NCBI GenBank assembly: GCA_965203175.1 | Contig: OZ241867.1 | Location: 864,001 to 928,000 of the forward strand | Reading direction: 5' to 3' | Length of the DNA: 64,000 nucleotides | DNA from: Candidatus Latescibacterota bacterium | GTDB taxonomy: Bacteria; Latescibacterota; UBA2968; UBA8231 | Shown: positions 8,320 to 17,588 of the stretch, in pieces | How the letters are laid out: every line of letters begins with the position of its first letter | Numbering within the stretch: position 1 is the stretch's first letter | Program-made: the position numbers and the translations under genes | Notes under the pieces: generated by a model | What the model was told of the DNA's origin: nothing | Databases searched by the model: none | The model's input: the letters and a program-made list of their open reading frames with translations, nothing else

Positions 8320-10405
8320 ACTCGGCGTCGATATCGGCGGTACCTTTACCGACATCGCACTCATCGACGAAGCGACCGGGCAAATCTATACCGGCAAAGT
8401 CTCCTCAACCCCCCAAGACCCATCCGGCGGGTTCATGGAAGCCGTGCAGCGGCTGCTCGCCAAGCAGCAGATCGCCGCCCAAGACGTGGCCTACATCGTC
8501 CACGGCACCACAGTCGCCACCAACGCCATCATCGAAGGCAAGGTCGCGCCGACCGGCTTTATCACCACCGAGGGCTTCCGCGATATGCTGGAAATCGCCC
8601 GCCAGATTCGCCCCACCCTCTACGACTTGCAGTTTGAAAAACCCCGGCCGCTCGTACCGCGCCACCGCTGTTTCGGCGTGCCCGAGCGCCTCGACGCCAG
8701 CGGCGCAGAGCTGACACCGCTCGACGAAGACGCCCTGCGCCAAGTAGCCGGCAAGCTGCGCGACGAGGGCGTCGAATCCATCGCCGTCTGCTTTTTGCAC
8801 GCCTACGCCAATCCCGTCCACGAGCATCGGGCCGGAGAGATTCTCGCCGAAGTTTTCCCAGAGGCCGTCGTCTCGCTGTCCGCGGAAGTTGCACCCGAGT
8901 TCCGCGAGTACTTGCGGGCCAGCACGACCGTAATCAATAGCTGCATCCGCCCAGTGGTCGCGCGCTATTTGCAGCGGATCGAAGATCGGTTGGCACAGGC
9001 CGGTATCGCCGCTGAGCTGCTCGTAATGCAGAGCAGCGGCGGGGTGTACACCTTTGCGGCAGCGCGGCAAAAGCCAGTGTATATGGTCGAATCCGGTCCG
9101 GCCGCCGGGGTGATCGCCGCGGCGCATCTGGGACAGGCGCGGGGCTACGACCAAGTGATTTCCTTCGACATGGGCGGCACGACCGCCAAAGCCGGGCTGA
9201 TTCAGGGCGGTACGCCCAGCGTGACCAAGGACTACGAGGTCGGGACGACGGCGCAAACAGGCGTCGGGGCGACTCGCGGGGCCGGCTATCCAATCCGTAC
9301 ACCAGTAATCGACCTCGTAGAAATCGGCGCGGGTGGCGGGTCCATCGCCTGGGTAGATCCCGGCGGTATCCTCCGAGTCGGCCCTCAAAGCGCCGGGGCC
9401 GATCCCGGGCCGGTCTGCTATGGCCAAGGCGGGACGCAACCCACGGTCACCGACGCCAACCTCGTATTGGGACGGCTCAACCCAAGCTATTTCCTCGGCG
9501 GCGAAATCGCCCTCGACCCGGCGGCCGCGCAACGCGCCATTGAACAACACTGCGCCCAGCCGCTGGGCATGGACTTAGTCGAAGCTGCCCACGGCATCGT
9601 CGAGATTGCCAACACCGCCATGGTCAACGCCCTGCGGCTAGTCTCCGTCCAGCGCGGCTACGACCCGCGCGACTTCGCGCTGGTAGCTTTCGGCGGCGCT
9701 GGGCCAGCCCACGCCAACCGCCTCGCCGCCCTAACCGAGATTCCCGTGGCGATCATTCCCCAAAGTCCAGGTACAGCTTCAGCTCTAGGACTGTTGGTGA
9801 CGGACTTAAAACACGATTACGCGACCACGCTCATCCAGCGATTGGACCAAGTAGTTCCCCAAGCCTTGGAGCAGACCTTCCGCGAGTTAGAGGCGCAGGG
9901 GCGGGAAACGCTGGGGCGCGAGGGGATGGCCGAAGCGGCAATGGACTTCAGACGCCAAGTAGATCTGCGCTACGTTGGGCAAAGTCACGAGCTGACGCTG
10001 CCGTTGACAACCGAAGCCTTGGGCCCAGCGCAGCTAGCGCAGCTATTGGAACAGTTCCACCGCACGCACGATCGCGCCTATGGCTTTAGCGCGCCGGGCG
10101 AGGACGTCGAACTGGTCAGTGTGCGGCTCTCAGCCATCGGCCAGATCGCCAAACCCGCGCTAGCACCGCTGGCAAAGGCAACCGGAGAGGCGACGGCCAA
10201 AGGACAGCGCCCAGTGTATTTCGCCGAGAGCAAGGGATACGTCGATTGCCCGGTGTACGACCGCTATGCACTGGGAGCTGGTGCGGTAGTGCAAGGCCCG
10301 GCCATAGTCGAGGAAATCGATTCAACCACCGTCGTCCATCCCCAGTACCAAGTGCGCGTGGACGAGGTTGGTCAGATGGTGCTAACAGCGGCAGAAGCGC
10401 ATTAA
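8309..10405 (+). CDS. hyuA: Hydantoinase A/oxoprolinase family ATP-binding subunit
   Basis: GVDIGGTFTD, HGTTVATNA, ESGPAAG, DMGGTT, IGAGGGS, GPQSAGADPGP. Confidence 0.93.
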   Translation: MAYRLGVDIGGTFTDIALIDEATGQIYTGKVSSTPQDPSGGFMEAVQRLLAKQQIAAQDVAYIVHGTTVATNAIIEGKVAPTGFITTEGFRDMLEIARQIRPTLYDLQFEKPRPLVPRHRCFGVPERLDASGAELTPLDEDALRQVAGKLRDEGVESIAVCFLHAYANPVHEHRAGEILAEVFPEAVVSLSAEVAPEFREYLRASTTVINSCIRPVVARYLQRIEDRLAQAGIAAELLVMQSSGGVYTFAAARQKPVYMVESGPAAGVIAAAHLGQARGYDQVISFDMGGTTAKAGLIQGGTPSVTKDYEVGTTAQTGVGATRGAGYPIRTPVIDLVEIGAGGGSIAWVDPGGILRVGPQSAGADPGPVCYGQGGTQPTVTDANLVLGRLNPSYFLGGEIALDPAAAQRAIEQHCAQPLGMDLVEAAHGIVEIANTAMVNALRLVSVQRGYDPRDFALVAFGGAGPAHANRLAALTEIPVAIIPQSPGTASALGLLVTDLKHDYATTLIQRLDQVVPQALEQTFRELEAQGRETLGREGMAEAAMDFRRQVDLRYVGQSHELTLPLTTEALGPAQLAQLLEQFHRTHDRAYGFSAPGEDVELVSVRLSAIGQIAKPALAPLAKATGEATAKGQRPVYFAESKGYVDCPVYDRYALGAGAVVQGPAIVEEIDSTTVVHPQYQVRVDEVGQMVLTAAEAH

Positions 10406-10415
10406 AACACTACTA

Positions 10416-11420
10416 ATGACCTGGGGCCGAACATACCTGTGGATCGCCATACTGATCTTCGCCGCCGCCGCTTCAGTAGTGGCCCGCCTCGTCGAAATCG
10501 GCGAAGCAAACCTGATAGACGGCCGCAATCCCATCTCCTTTTGCAACCTGCTTTTCGCCGGCAATCTCGTAGCGGCACTAACCCTGTTCGCCCTCAATCA
10601 CCGGGAATGGTGCCCCATCCATCTGCGCGCCCTCTCGCGTCGGCAATGGCTGATCCAGACGGCCTTGGCCCTTACCTCCGGCGCGATAGCCCCGGCCATG
10701 ATGTTCACGGCCATCGCCCACACCTCCGTCACCAATATCGTCCTGATCGAGACCATAGAAATTCCCCTCGTCCTGTTGTTAGCTTGGCTGCTGTATCGAG
10801 AGAAATCGAACTGGACGGCCGTACTGGGGGCCTTGTGCGCCCTCGCCGGCGTGGCCACAACTCTCGTTCTGCAAATGGACGCGTCGCCAGAGAGCATGGC
10901 CGCAGCGCGGATGCAGGGCGGCGTGGGCTACGGTGAATTCTTTGCCGCCGCCGCTACTGTGCTGCTCGTCTGCGGTGCCGAGATCGGCCGCAAACAACTC
11001 CAGACCATCCCCTTGGGCATCTTCAGCGTCTTCCGCAACCTCGTCGGCGCGCTCTTCTTCCTCGGAATTGGCCTATACGTTTTCGGCCTTGCACACTTCG
11101 CCGACATCTTCTCCCCGCTGCTCTGGGGCTGGATGCTGCTGTACGGAGGGATCGTAGTGGCTTGCGGTCAGTTGGCGTGGTTTGCCGGCATCAAGCGCGT
11201 GCGCCCGGCCGACATTGCCACAGCGTCGTCCTTCTCGCCAGTGGCCGGCGTGCTCTTCGCCGGTCTCATCTTGGGCGAGGTGCCCATGCCCGCCCAGCTC
11301 ATCGGCGGCGGCATAATCCTCGCGGGCATTGCCATCGCCCTGTGGGGCGAACTGCGCGCCGACCGCCCGACGCGGCCACCTAAGACCGACGACAAGGCCA
11401 AAGCCTTCACCGGTGTCTGA
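10416..11420 (+). CDS. DMT/EamA-family transporter
   Basis: About ten hydrophobic segments in two EamA repeats; PVAGVLFAGLILGE. Confidence 0.85.
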   Translation: MTWGRTYLWIAILIFAAAASVVARLVEIGEANLIDGRNPISFCNLLFAGNLVAALTLFALNHREWCPIHLRALSRRQWLIQTALALTSGAIAPAMMFTAIAHTSVTNIVLIETIEIPLVLLLAWLLYREKSNWTAVLGALCALAGVATTLVLQMDASPESMAAARMQGGVGYGEFFAAAATVLLVCGAEIGRKQLQTIPLGIFSVFRNLVGALFFLGIGLYVFGLAHFADIFSPLLWGWMLLYGGIVVACGQLAWFAGIKRVRPADIATASSFSPVAGVLFAGLILGEVPMPAQLIGGGIILAGIAIALWGELRADRPTRPPKTDDKAKAFTGV

Positions 11421-11467
11421 TTAGCGGTTAGTGCCCGCACCAAGGTTGGGCTGGCACTAACCGCTAA
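11421..11467. terminator. 15-bp perfect inverted repeat between convergent genes (bidirectional terminator or REP-like)
   Basis: TTAGCGGTTAGTGCC (11421-11435) / GGCACTAACCGCTAA (11453-11467). Confidence 0.65.
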
Positions 11468-11493
11468 CCGCTAAACCGCTGTAAAACAGCTTC

Positions 11494-13266
11494 TCACTCG
11501 TCGAAGTAGGGATGCGCGGACACGGGCGCTTTGGGAATCTCGCCGCTCGGCGGCTTGAGCGTGATATCCTCGAACAGGACCATGCGAGGCGTGACGATAC
11601 TCACGGGGACTTCACTTCCCCGCCCGCCGTAAAAGGGCGAGGAGTTGCCCTCCGAGCGAAAGGGAACGGTGTTGACCGCGTGCGTCTTGGACACCTTCAC
11701 AATGTCCTTGAAGGTATAGAGGCCAATGCCCGCAAATTCCGCATTGCGCACTAACTCCTCGCGGCCGTCGAGATAGACTTTATAGACGAAGATCGCGTTT
11801 GCCAGCTTGTTTTCGTCGTCGGAAGAACCGGGAGAAAAGAAGATAACTTGGGAGTCGGAAGCCTTGTACGACGAGTTGGCAATGTGGGTGACGATGTAGC
11901 CGTACTGTTTCTTCTGCCGTTTGATCAGTTTGAAAAATTCCTTGCGGATGTTCTTTTCGCTCGAGCCCTTCTCCGCCTCAACCAAGATATTGCTGGGAGC
12001 AACGCCCGGACCGCGGCGACTGCCCGTGCTCTGGTCAATGCCGCGCACGGGCGTGCGCGTCGTCAGCAAGGTCTCCAACACGCCCTTCTGCACTAGGCGC
12101 ACCGGGCGCGCCGGCACGCCTTCGTCGTCAACCCGGTAGCCGCCCAACAAGGGCTGCTTTTTATACGCGTCCATGAGCGGCGCGGCGCGCACGCTGAGGA
12201 ATTCGGGCAGAACGCGCACGCCAATCTTGTCGAGGAAAGGGTTTTCCTTCTTCTGGGGATAGTAGCTTGCGTATCGCGGATTGTCGGACAACGCCCGGCG
12301 CGGCGCTAACACGTAGGGCACAAACCCCTGATTGAACAGCTCTGTGGCAGCTTGGCCCGAGAAGATCACGGGGCCGGTATAGCGCTCGACCAGCGGCGCT
12401 TGGCGCAACTGCTTCAGACGCTCGCCCATGGCATTGATCTGCGCGGCCAGCTCGTCGTCGCCGGGCAGGTCTTCCGGCGAACGGGCGTACACCGCGACGA
12501 AGTCCTCCAACGGCATACCGTCAGGAGCTTGGGTAGCGGCGACTGCGGTGAAGGTCAGCGACGAACTCGTGCGGGAAAAGGAAGAGCCTTCGCTGTTGAG
12601 GTAGCGGACCGAGGTGTTGGACCCGTTGAGACGGACCCGCGAAGTGTAGATGTCGGGCATCTCGCGGAACAGGTCCGAGAGCTGGCGCACTCGCTGGTCC
12701 AGCGCGTCGAGATCCAAGACGGCGGGCGCCATTTCGTCCACTTCAGTAGCGGGCTTCTCCCTGCTGAAATCGGGAATTTCCTCGGTGCGGGTTTTGTTCT
12801 GCAAGGTGGCGCGCTTCCTCGCCAAATCTTCGAGCGCCTTCTTGTAGGCACCGTCGGTGGCCAGCCAAATCTTGCGCCGCAACTCGTCGTAGTCATCTTC
12901 GAGGGGCAATTGCATGCTGCCCCCGTACATGCGCACCACGCCCGTACCGCCGAAGGAGAACGAGCGGAAGTTGGTGTTGTCGAGATCGTAGTCGCCGACT
13001 CGCACTTCGACGCTGAGTTCGCGCGAGTGCCCCTCGCCGCTGTTGAGCAGACTGCCGAAGGTCGCCGAACTGCCCTTGGACTTCACTTCGCTCACGAGGT
13101 AGGAAACAAAGTAGGGCTGCTCTAGGTCTTCGAGTTGGAGTTTCTGCATCGAGCGCGCCAATTCGTCGCGCAGGGCGCGCTGCAGAACGTCGTCTTCAGC
13201 GTGGACGGAGGAAAACGCTAGGAAAGTAGCAGTCGTCAGAATGTAGATAGAGAACCTTTTGCACAT
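11494..13266 (-). CDS. TldE/PmbA-like non-catalytic partner with N-terminal signal peptide
   Basis: Paralog of adjacent TldD (RVGDY-x2-DNT, YTGPVIFSG, DGREELVR), lacks HExxxH; start MCKRF (ATG 13266) with AGGAG RBS. Confidence 0.8.
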   Translation of the reverse strand: MCKRFSIYILTTATFLAFSSVHAEDDVLQRALRDELARSMQKLQLEDLEQPYFVSYLVSEVKSKGSSATFGSLLNSGEGHSRELSVEVRVGDYDLDNTNFRSFSFGGTGVVRMYGGSMQLPLEDDYDELRRKIWLATDGAYKKALEDLARKRATLQNKTRTEEIPDFSREKPATEVDEMAPAVLDLDALDQRVRQLSDLFREMPDIYTSRVRLNGSNTSVRYLNSEGSSFSRTSSSLTFTAVAATQAPDGMPLEDFVAVYARSPEDLPGDDELAAQINAMGERLKQLRQAPLVERYTGPVIFSGQAATELFNQGFVPYVLAPRRALSDNPRYASYYPQKKENPFLDKIGVRVLPEFLSVRAAPLMDAYKKQPLLGGYRVDDEGVPARPVRLVQKGVLETLLTTRTPVRGIDQSTGSRRGPGVAPSNILVEAEKGSSEKNIRKEFFKLIKRQKKQYGYIVTHIANSSYKASDSQVIFFSPGSSDDENKLANAIFVYKVYLDGREELVRNAEFAGIGLYTFKDIVKVSKTHAVNTVPFRSEGNSSPFYGGRGSEVPVSIVTPRMVLFEDITLKPPSGEIPKAPVSAHPYFDE

Positions 13267-13295
13267 GGTATAGCTCCTGCCGGATGGGAGAGGAC

Positions 13296-15086
13296 TCAAA
13301 GGAGGTCGTCCGCTTCTTCTTCAGCGGACTCGGGAAAAGGTGCTTCGAGGATGGGCCGGCGCTCTTGGGACTTATCCTTCTTCTGCACTTCAATCTGCGA
13401 GATGAAAATGCCAGGAGACACCGCAGCCACGGGCACGCCTCCCGACTCAGCGCCGCAGATCCCGTTGAACACATCGGGCTGATCGTCGCCCGCGGCGATC
13501 TGGCTAAAGGCGGTGAGCGGCGTACCGATCAAATCAACTCCGCGCACTAGTTCCTCGCGCCCATCGGTGTAAATTCGGTACACCATAATGGGCAGCACGT
13601 TGAAGGCGTTGGGTATGGTGCGGCCCGTGATGGTGAAGCCCCCCTGGATGTCCTCGAAGTAGAGACCGAATTCCTTGTCCTCCATGCGGCACTGTTCGAT
13701 GAGCATTTCCTTGAGCTGGTCCCGGGTCAGCGGCTCCGAGGTCTCGACGATGAGGTTGGACTGGCGCGCCACCGGGGTGTAGCCCGCCTGCTTGCGTCCG
13801 TGGCCGTTGGAGTTGGGAAAATTCTCGATCGGCGAGCGCGACATGAGAAAGCGGCGGAAAATCCCATTCTCAACCACGGCCACCCTCCGTCCCTTGACCC
13901 CCTGATTGTCGTATGCGTAGGCCCCCACCAGATCCTTGCCGGCGCTGCTCGTCTGGGTGGGGTCGAAATACACCGAGAAGGTCTCGGGCAGGACTTTCTC
14001 CCCTATTTTCTTCTTAAAGGTCTGGCCTTCGTCCTCGCGCTTCTGACGGTGGCCCTCGATGCGATGCCCGAAAATTTCGTGGAACAGGACGCCGCTGGCG
14101 CGGCCCGAGAGAATCGCTGGACCCGTGTAGGGAGCCACCACCGGGGCGTCGCGCAGAGCGTGCAAATCGGCGATCATGTCCTCCACCAAGACGAGGACCT
14201 CCTCGTCGCTGGGCAGGCCCTCTGGGGCAAAGGCCGAGAAGGATTCGTAGCGCGGCAACTCCATGCCGTCGTCGGCCTTGGTGAAGGCGTAGATGAACAG
14301 GCGGTAGAGCACCTGCGAGGTCTGGAGCTCGCTGCCCTCGCTGTTGACGTATTGGCGAGTCGAGATATTGGCCGAGAGGCTGGCCCTGGCTTCGTAGATG
14401 TCGCCGTATTGGGCGAAGGGGGCCGTATAGTTCTTGAGCTTGGCCTCCCACTCGGCGCGGGAGATGTCAAAGGAGGCGGGGGCTTCCACGTAGCGCTCGA
14501 CCGGCTCCTTGGAGAAATCGTCCGACTGGTCTTCCTCTTCCACCTTGACCTGGACGTTGGTCTTGACTGTGGTCAGTTGTTCGATGGCGCGCTTGTACTT
14601 TTTGTCGGTGTGGTACCACAGCACGCTGCGGATGGCGTCTGGATCGTCCTCAATGGGAATTTCGATCATCGAATAGCGGTCGGAGAAATTGCTAGGGCCG
14701 CCGCGCACCTGATGCGTATTGTCGAAGGCATAGTCTCCCACGCGCAGATCGATGTCGAGCTGGCGGCGGCGCGATTCATTGCTGTAGGTCAGCACCCCAA
14801 AGGAGGCGCTGACATTGACCCCTTCCGTCTCCGTGATTTCGTAGCTGAGATAGTAAGGCGGAACCGGCTGCTCCTTGAGCAAACCAAAGGAGCGGGTCAA
14901 TTCCTCCTGCATGGCCTGCAGCGTAGGACTAGGCGAGCCCTCCACAATAGCACCCTCAAATACGGCACGTCTGGCAGTCTCCTTGTCATATCCTTTCAGT
15001 GGGGAAGGGGTCTCAGCCCAAACGCCAGTCGCAGTGAACGCGGCGCAGACGAGGCCAAGGCATAGAAGTCTGGAAAGCGATCTCAT
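13296..15086 (-). CDS. tldD: TldD-family metalloprotease with N-terminal signal peptide
   Basis: FHEIFGHRIEG zinc motif, SNGHGR, GICGAESG; start MRSLSRLL (ATG 15086). Confidence 0.85.
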   Translation of the reverse strand: MRSLSRLLCLGLVCAAFTATGVWAETPSPLKGYDKETARRAVFEGAIVEGSPSPTLQAMQEELTRSFGLLKEQPVPPYYLSYEITETEGVNVSASFGVLTYSNESRRRQLDIDLRVGDYAFDNTHQVRGGPSNFSDRYSMIEIPIEDDPDAIRSVLWYHTDKKYKRAIEQLTTVKTNVQVKVEEEDQSDDFSKEPVERYVEAPASFDISRAEWEAKLKNYTAPFAQYGDIYEARASLSANISTRQYVNSEGSELQTSQVLYRLFIYAFTKADDGMELPRYESFSAFAPEGLPSDEEVLVLVEDMIADLHALRDAPVVAPYTGPAILSGRASGVLFHEIFGHRIEGHRQKREDEGQTFKKKIGEKVLPETFSVYFDPTQTSSAGKDLVGAYAYDNQGVKGRRVAVVENGIFRRFLMSRSPIENFPNSNGHGRKQAGYTPVARQSNLIVETSEPLTRDQLKEMLIEQCRMEDKEFGLYFEDIQGGFTITGRTIPNAFNVLPIMVYRIYTDGREELVRGVDLIGTPLTAFSQIAAGDDQPDVFNGICGAESGGVPVAAVSPGIFISQIEVQKKDKSQERRPILEAPFPESAEEEADDLL

Positions 15087-15368
15087 TGGCGTACCTCTCT
15101 TTGGTTTAGCGCAGAAACTTTCTGCACGTTGGCAACTTCGCCGATCATAAGTAGGGATGAAATAAGAAGGTAAGAAGATACAGGGATGTACGCGCCCATT
15201 TCGAACGGTTGATGGGAAGGTTTCGGGTGGCATCAGTAGGTCGGGAGTCTGTCCTACAAAGACCTTTCCATCTAGGACCAGACTCCTTGTGGGAATGCGA
15301 GTTCCCTTGGCCATTGTCTCCCAATCCCGCTCCCAACCGCTTAGACGACGTGATACGCGGGCGAGATG

Positions 15369-15998
15369 CTACACCCGCTCGGCCTGGGGTTCGGCCGCTC
15401 CGTGGGTGTGATCCCACAAATGTCCTCGCCGCTTCTGGCCTTCTAGCGTCGTTTCAAAGTACACCCCTCGCACCGACTCATGCACCAACGGCATATCGTG
15501 ATGATGCCCCATGCCCGTAGCAAGGCAGTCGCCCGGCTTCATTTCGTACGCCTTGCCCTCGGAAACGGCGCGAGCCTGACCTTCCAAGATGATCCAATAC
15601 TCGTCGCAGTCGTGAAAGTGGCTATCGAAATTGGTCCATTTCTCGTACGGGACCGGATCGCCCTTATCCTCGGGCTGAGGGCTGTTGTCCATGTTGAAGA
15701 TCCCCGAGCCACCCGTCTCCGCTCCCCAGCGTCCGCAAAAGCGCACCAGCGTAGCCGCCTCTTCTACCTCCAATACTTCAAAAGTCCCCGGACCGACCAA
15801 ATCCAGATTGGCACCCGTGGCAGCTTCCACCTCCTCAGCACCCACCTGCAGCCGGCAACTTCCCCTTCCCACAATTAGTTTCTCCACCTTGCTACGACGC
15901 GCAAAGCAGTGTTCATCGCCTGCGTCGAGCCGCATGACCTCAAAGTGCTCCAACTCGCACCAATCGGGGTACTGGTCTTCACTTCTGAACATCGGCAT
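15369..15998 (-). CDS. Cupin-domain protein (bicupin-like)
   Basis: HFHDCDEYWIILEG ... MKPGD ... GHHHD cupin motifs. Confidence 0.75.
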   Translation of the reverse strand: MPMFRSEDQYPDWCELEHFEVMRLDAGDEHCFARRSKVEKLIVGRGSCRLQVGAEEVEAATGANLDLVGPGTFEVLEVEEAATLVRFCGRWGAETGGSGIFNMDNSPQPEDKGDPVPYEKWTNFDSHFHDCDEYWIILEGQARAVSEGKAYEMKPGDCLATGMGHHHDMPLVHESVRGVYFETTLEGQKRRGHLWDHTHGAAEPQAERV

Positions 15999-16069
15999 AA
16001 CTTTCTTCCTTCTCTCCGTGTTTAAAAGGTTTTAGAGTATTATGTCGCATATAACATTGGGGAGAACGG

Positions 16070-17308
16070 ATGACTAGGCAACCACGCTACCAGACGCGGC
16101 CCTTCCAAACATCAGCGCCACAGGACCTCGGCTTTGCACCCGCATTGAGCGACCGGCTCGACTCAGCCGTGCAGAGCTTCATTGACGCCCAGCAGCTCGC
16201 CGGCGCGGTCATCATCGTCGCTCGGCGCGGTGCAGCAGCCTACTTCGAGGCTCGCGGCAGGAGGGATGTCGAGGCCGACGCGCCCATGAGCAAGGACACC
16301 ATCTTCCGCATCTATTCGATGACCAAGGCGGTCGGCAGCGTGGCCGCAATGATGCTCTGCGAAGAAGGCAAACTACAGCTCGACGCCCCAGTCTCGGACT
16401 ACCTTCTCGAACTGCAGGAGATGCAGGTGGCCTCCAACCCAGCGGCTGGAGAGCGCACCCCAGTAGCTGCAAAACGGAGGATGACCGTCCGCGATCTACT
16501 GCGGCATACCTCCGGCCTGCCCGGCAACGTCGCCGTCGATACGCTCTACCGCGAGGCCGGATTACCTCCCCTGAGTGAGTGCGACCTGCGAGAAATAGTA
16601 GCCCACCTCAACCGCGTCCAACTCCTATTTCACCCCGGAACGCAGTGGTACTACAGCATTGCGGCCGACATCGTCGGGCGGCTCGTGGAAGTGGCTTCGG
16701 GCCGCCTGTTCGACGAATTCCTCGCCGAGCGGATTTTTCGACCGCTGGGCATGGAAGACACCGGATTCCACGTCCCAGCGGACAAACTCGATCGGTTTGC
16801 AGCCATGTACGGCCCGCACTCCGCCGGCGGCCTCCAAGCCATTGACGCCCCGCAGGGTGGCACCGCGACCAAGTGGAGCTTTCAAGAGCGGCCCAAGTTC
16901 CTCTCCTGCGGCGGCGGACTGGTCTCCACCGGTGCCGACTACCTGCGCTTTTGCCTGATGCTGGCGGGCAAGGGCGCACTGGCTGGACAACGGCTGCTGC
17001 AAGCAGATACGGTCGAACTAATGACCCGCAACCAGTTGCCCATGTCGCTGATACCCCTCAAAAAGCAACCGCAGGAACGCTACCAAGGGCTGGGCTTTGG
17101 GTTGGGCTTTTCCATCCGAGTGCAGCCGTCCGATTGGGTGCCAGCCTCGCAGATCGGCGAATACGGCTGGATCGGCGGAGCCAGCACCGAGTTTTGGATT
17201 GCGCCGCAGTCAGAATTGGTGGTAATCACCCTCGCCCAATACATGCCCTTCTCCGACCTCAGCCGAGTCGTCAAACAGATCGTGTACGATTCCCTCGAAG
17301 AGGACTAA
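16070..17308 (+). CDS. Serine hydrolase, beta-lactamase class C family
   Basis: FRIYSMTK (SxxK), LLRHTSG, PGTQWYYS, IFRPLGMEDTGF, YGWIGGAST. Confidence 0.92.
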   Translation: MTRQPRYQTRPFQTSAPQDLGFAPALSDRLDSAVQSFIDAQQLAGAVIIVARRGAAAYFEARGRRDVEADAPMSKDTIFRIYSMTKAVGSVAAMMLCEEGKLQLDAPVSDYLLELQEMQVASNPAAGERTPVAAKRRMTVRDLLRHTSGLPGNVAVDTLYREAGLPPLSECDLREIVAHLNRVQLLFHPGTQWYYSIAADIVGRLVEVASGRLFDEFLAERIFRPLGMEDTGFHVPADKLDRFAAMYGPHSAGGLQAIDAPQGGTATKWSFQERPKFLSCGGGLVSTGADYLRFCLMLAGKGALAGQRLLQADTVELMTRNQLPMSLIPLKKQPQERYQGLGFGLGFSIRVQPSDWVPASQIGEYGWIGGASTEFWIAPQSELVVITLAQYMPFSDLSRVVKQIVYDSLEED

Positions 17309-17515
17309 GACGCGTCGAAGACGATCGACCGAGAACCCATTCCCGATTTTCGCATGGTCCTCAAATCGGGATTGCAGCAGCCGGTGCGATGGAACAGTCA
17401 GGAATGGGTCGAACACCGGGATGGAGCCATTCGGATTCGCATCAATTTTGCCGGAATCCGCCCCGAAGATCCAAAGCTGTACGCGATTTACGTGACGAGC
17501 CAAGGACTGACTTGA
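17309..17515 (+). pseudogene. C-terminal remnant of an unrelated protein, in frame after the hydrolase stop codon
   Basis: Stop-free frame translating DREPIPDFRMVLKSGLQQPVRW...IRIRINFAGIRPEDPKLYAIYV; looks protein-like; not in supplied ORF track. Confidence 0.5.
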
Positions 17516-17588
17516 CGAGCATCGGACCAGCGCCTTTTTTGGGCCGCTATTGATTCAAACATCAACTGACACTTAGGATGCACAAAAC

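Noticed and set aside
8405-9550. 381-aa minus-strand ORF
   Set aside because: Antisense shadow of hydantoinase A
13800-15065. 421-aa plus-strand ORF
   Set aside because: Antisense shadow of tldD
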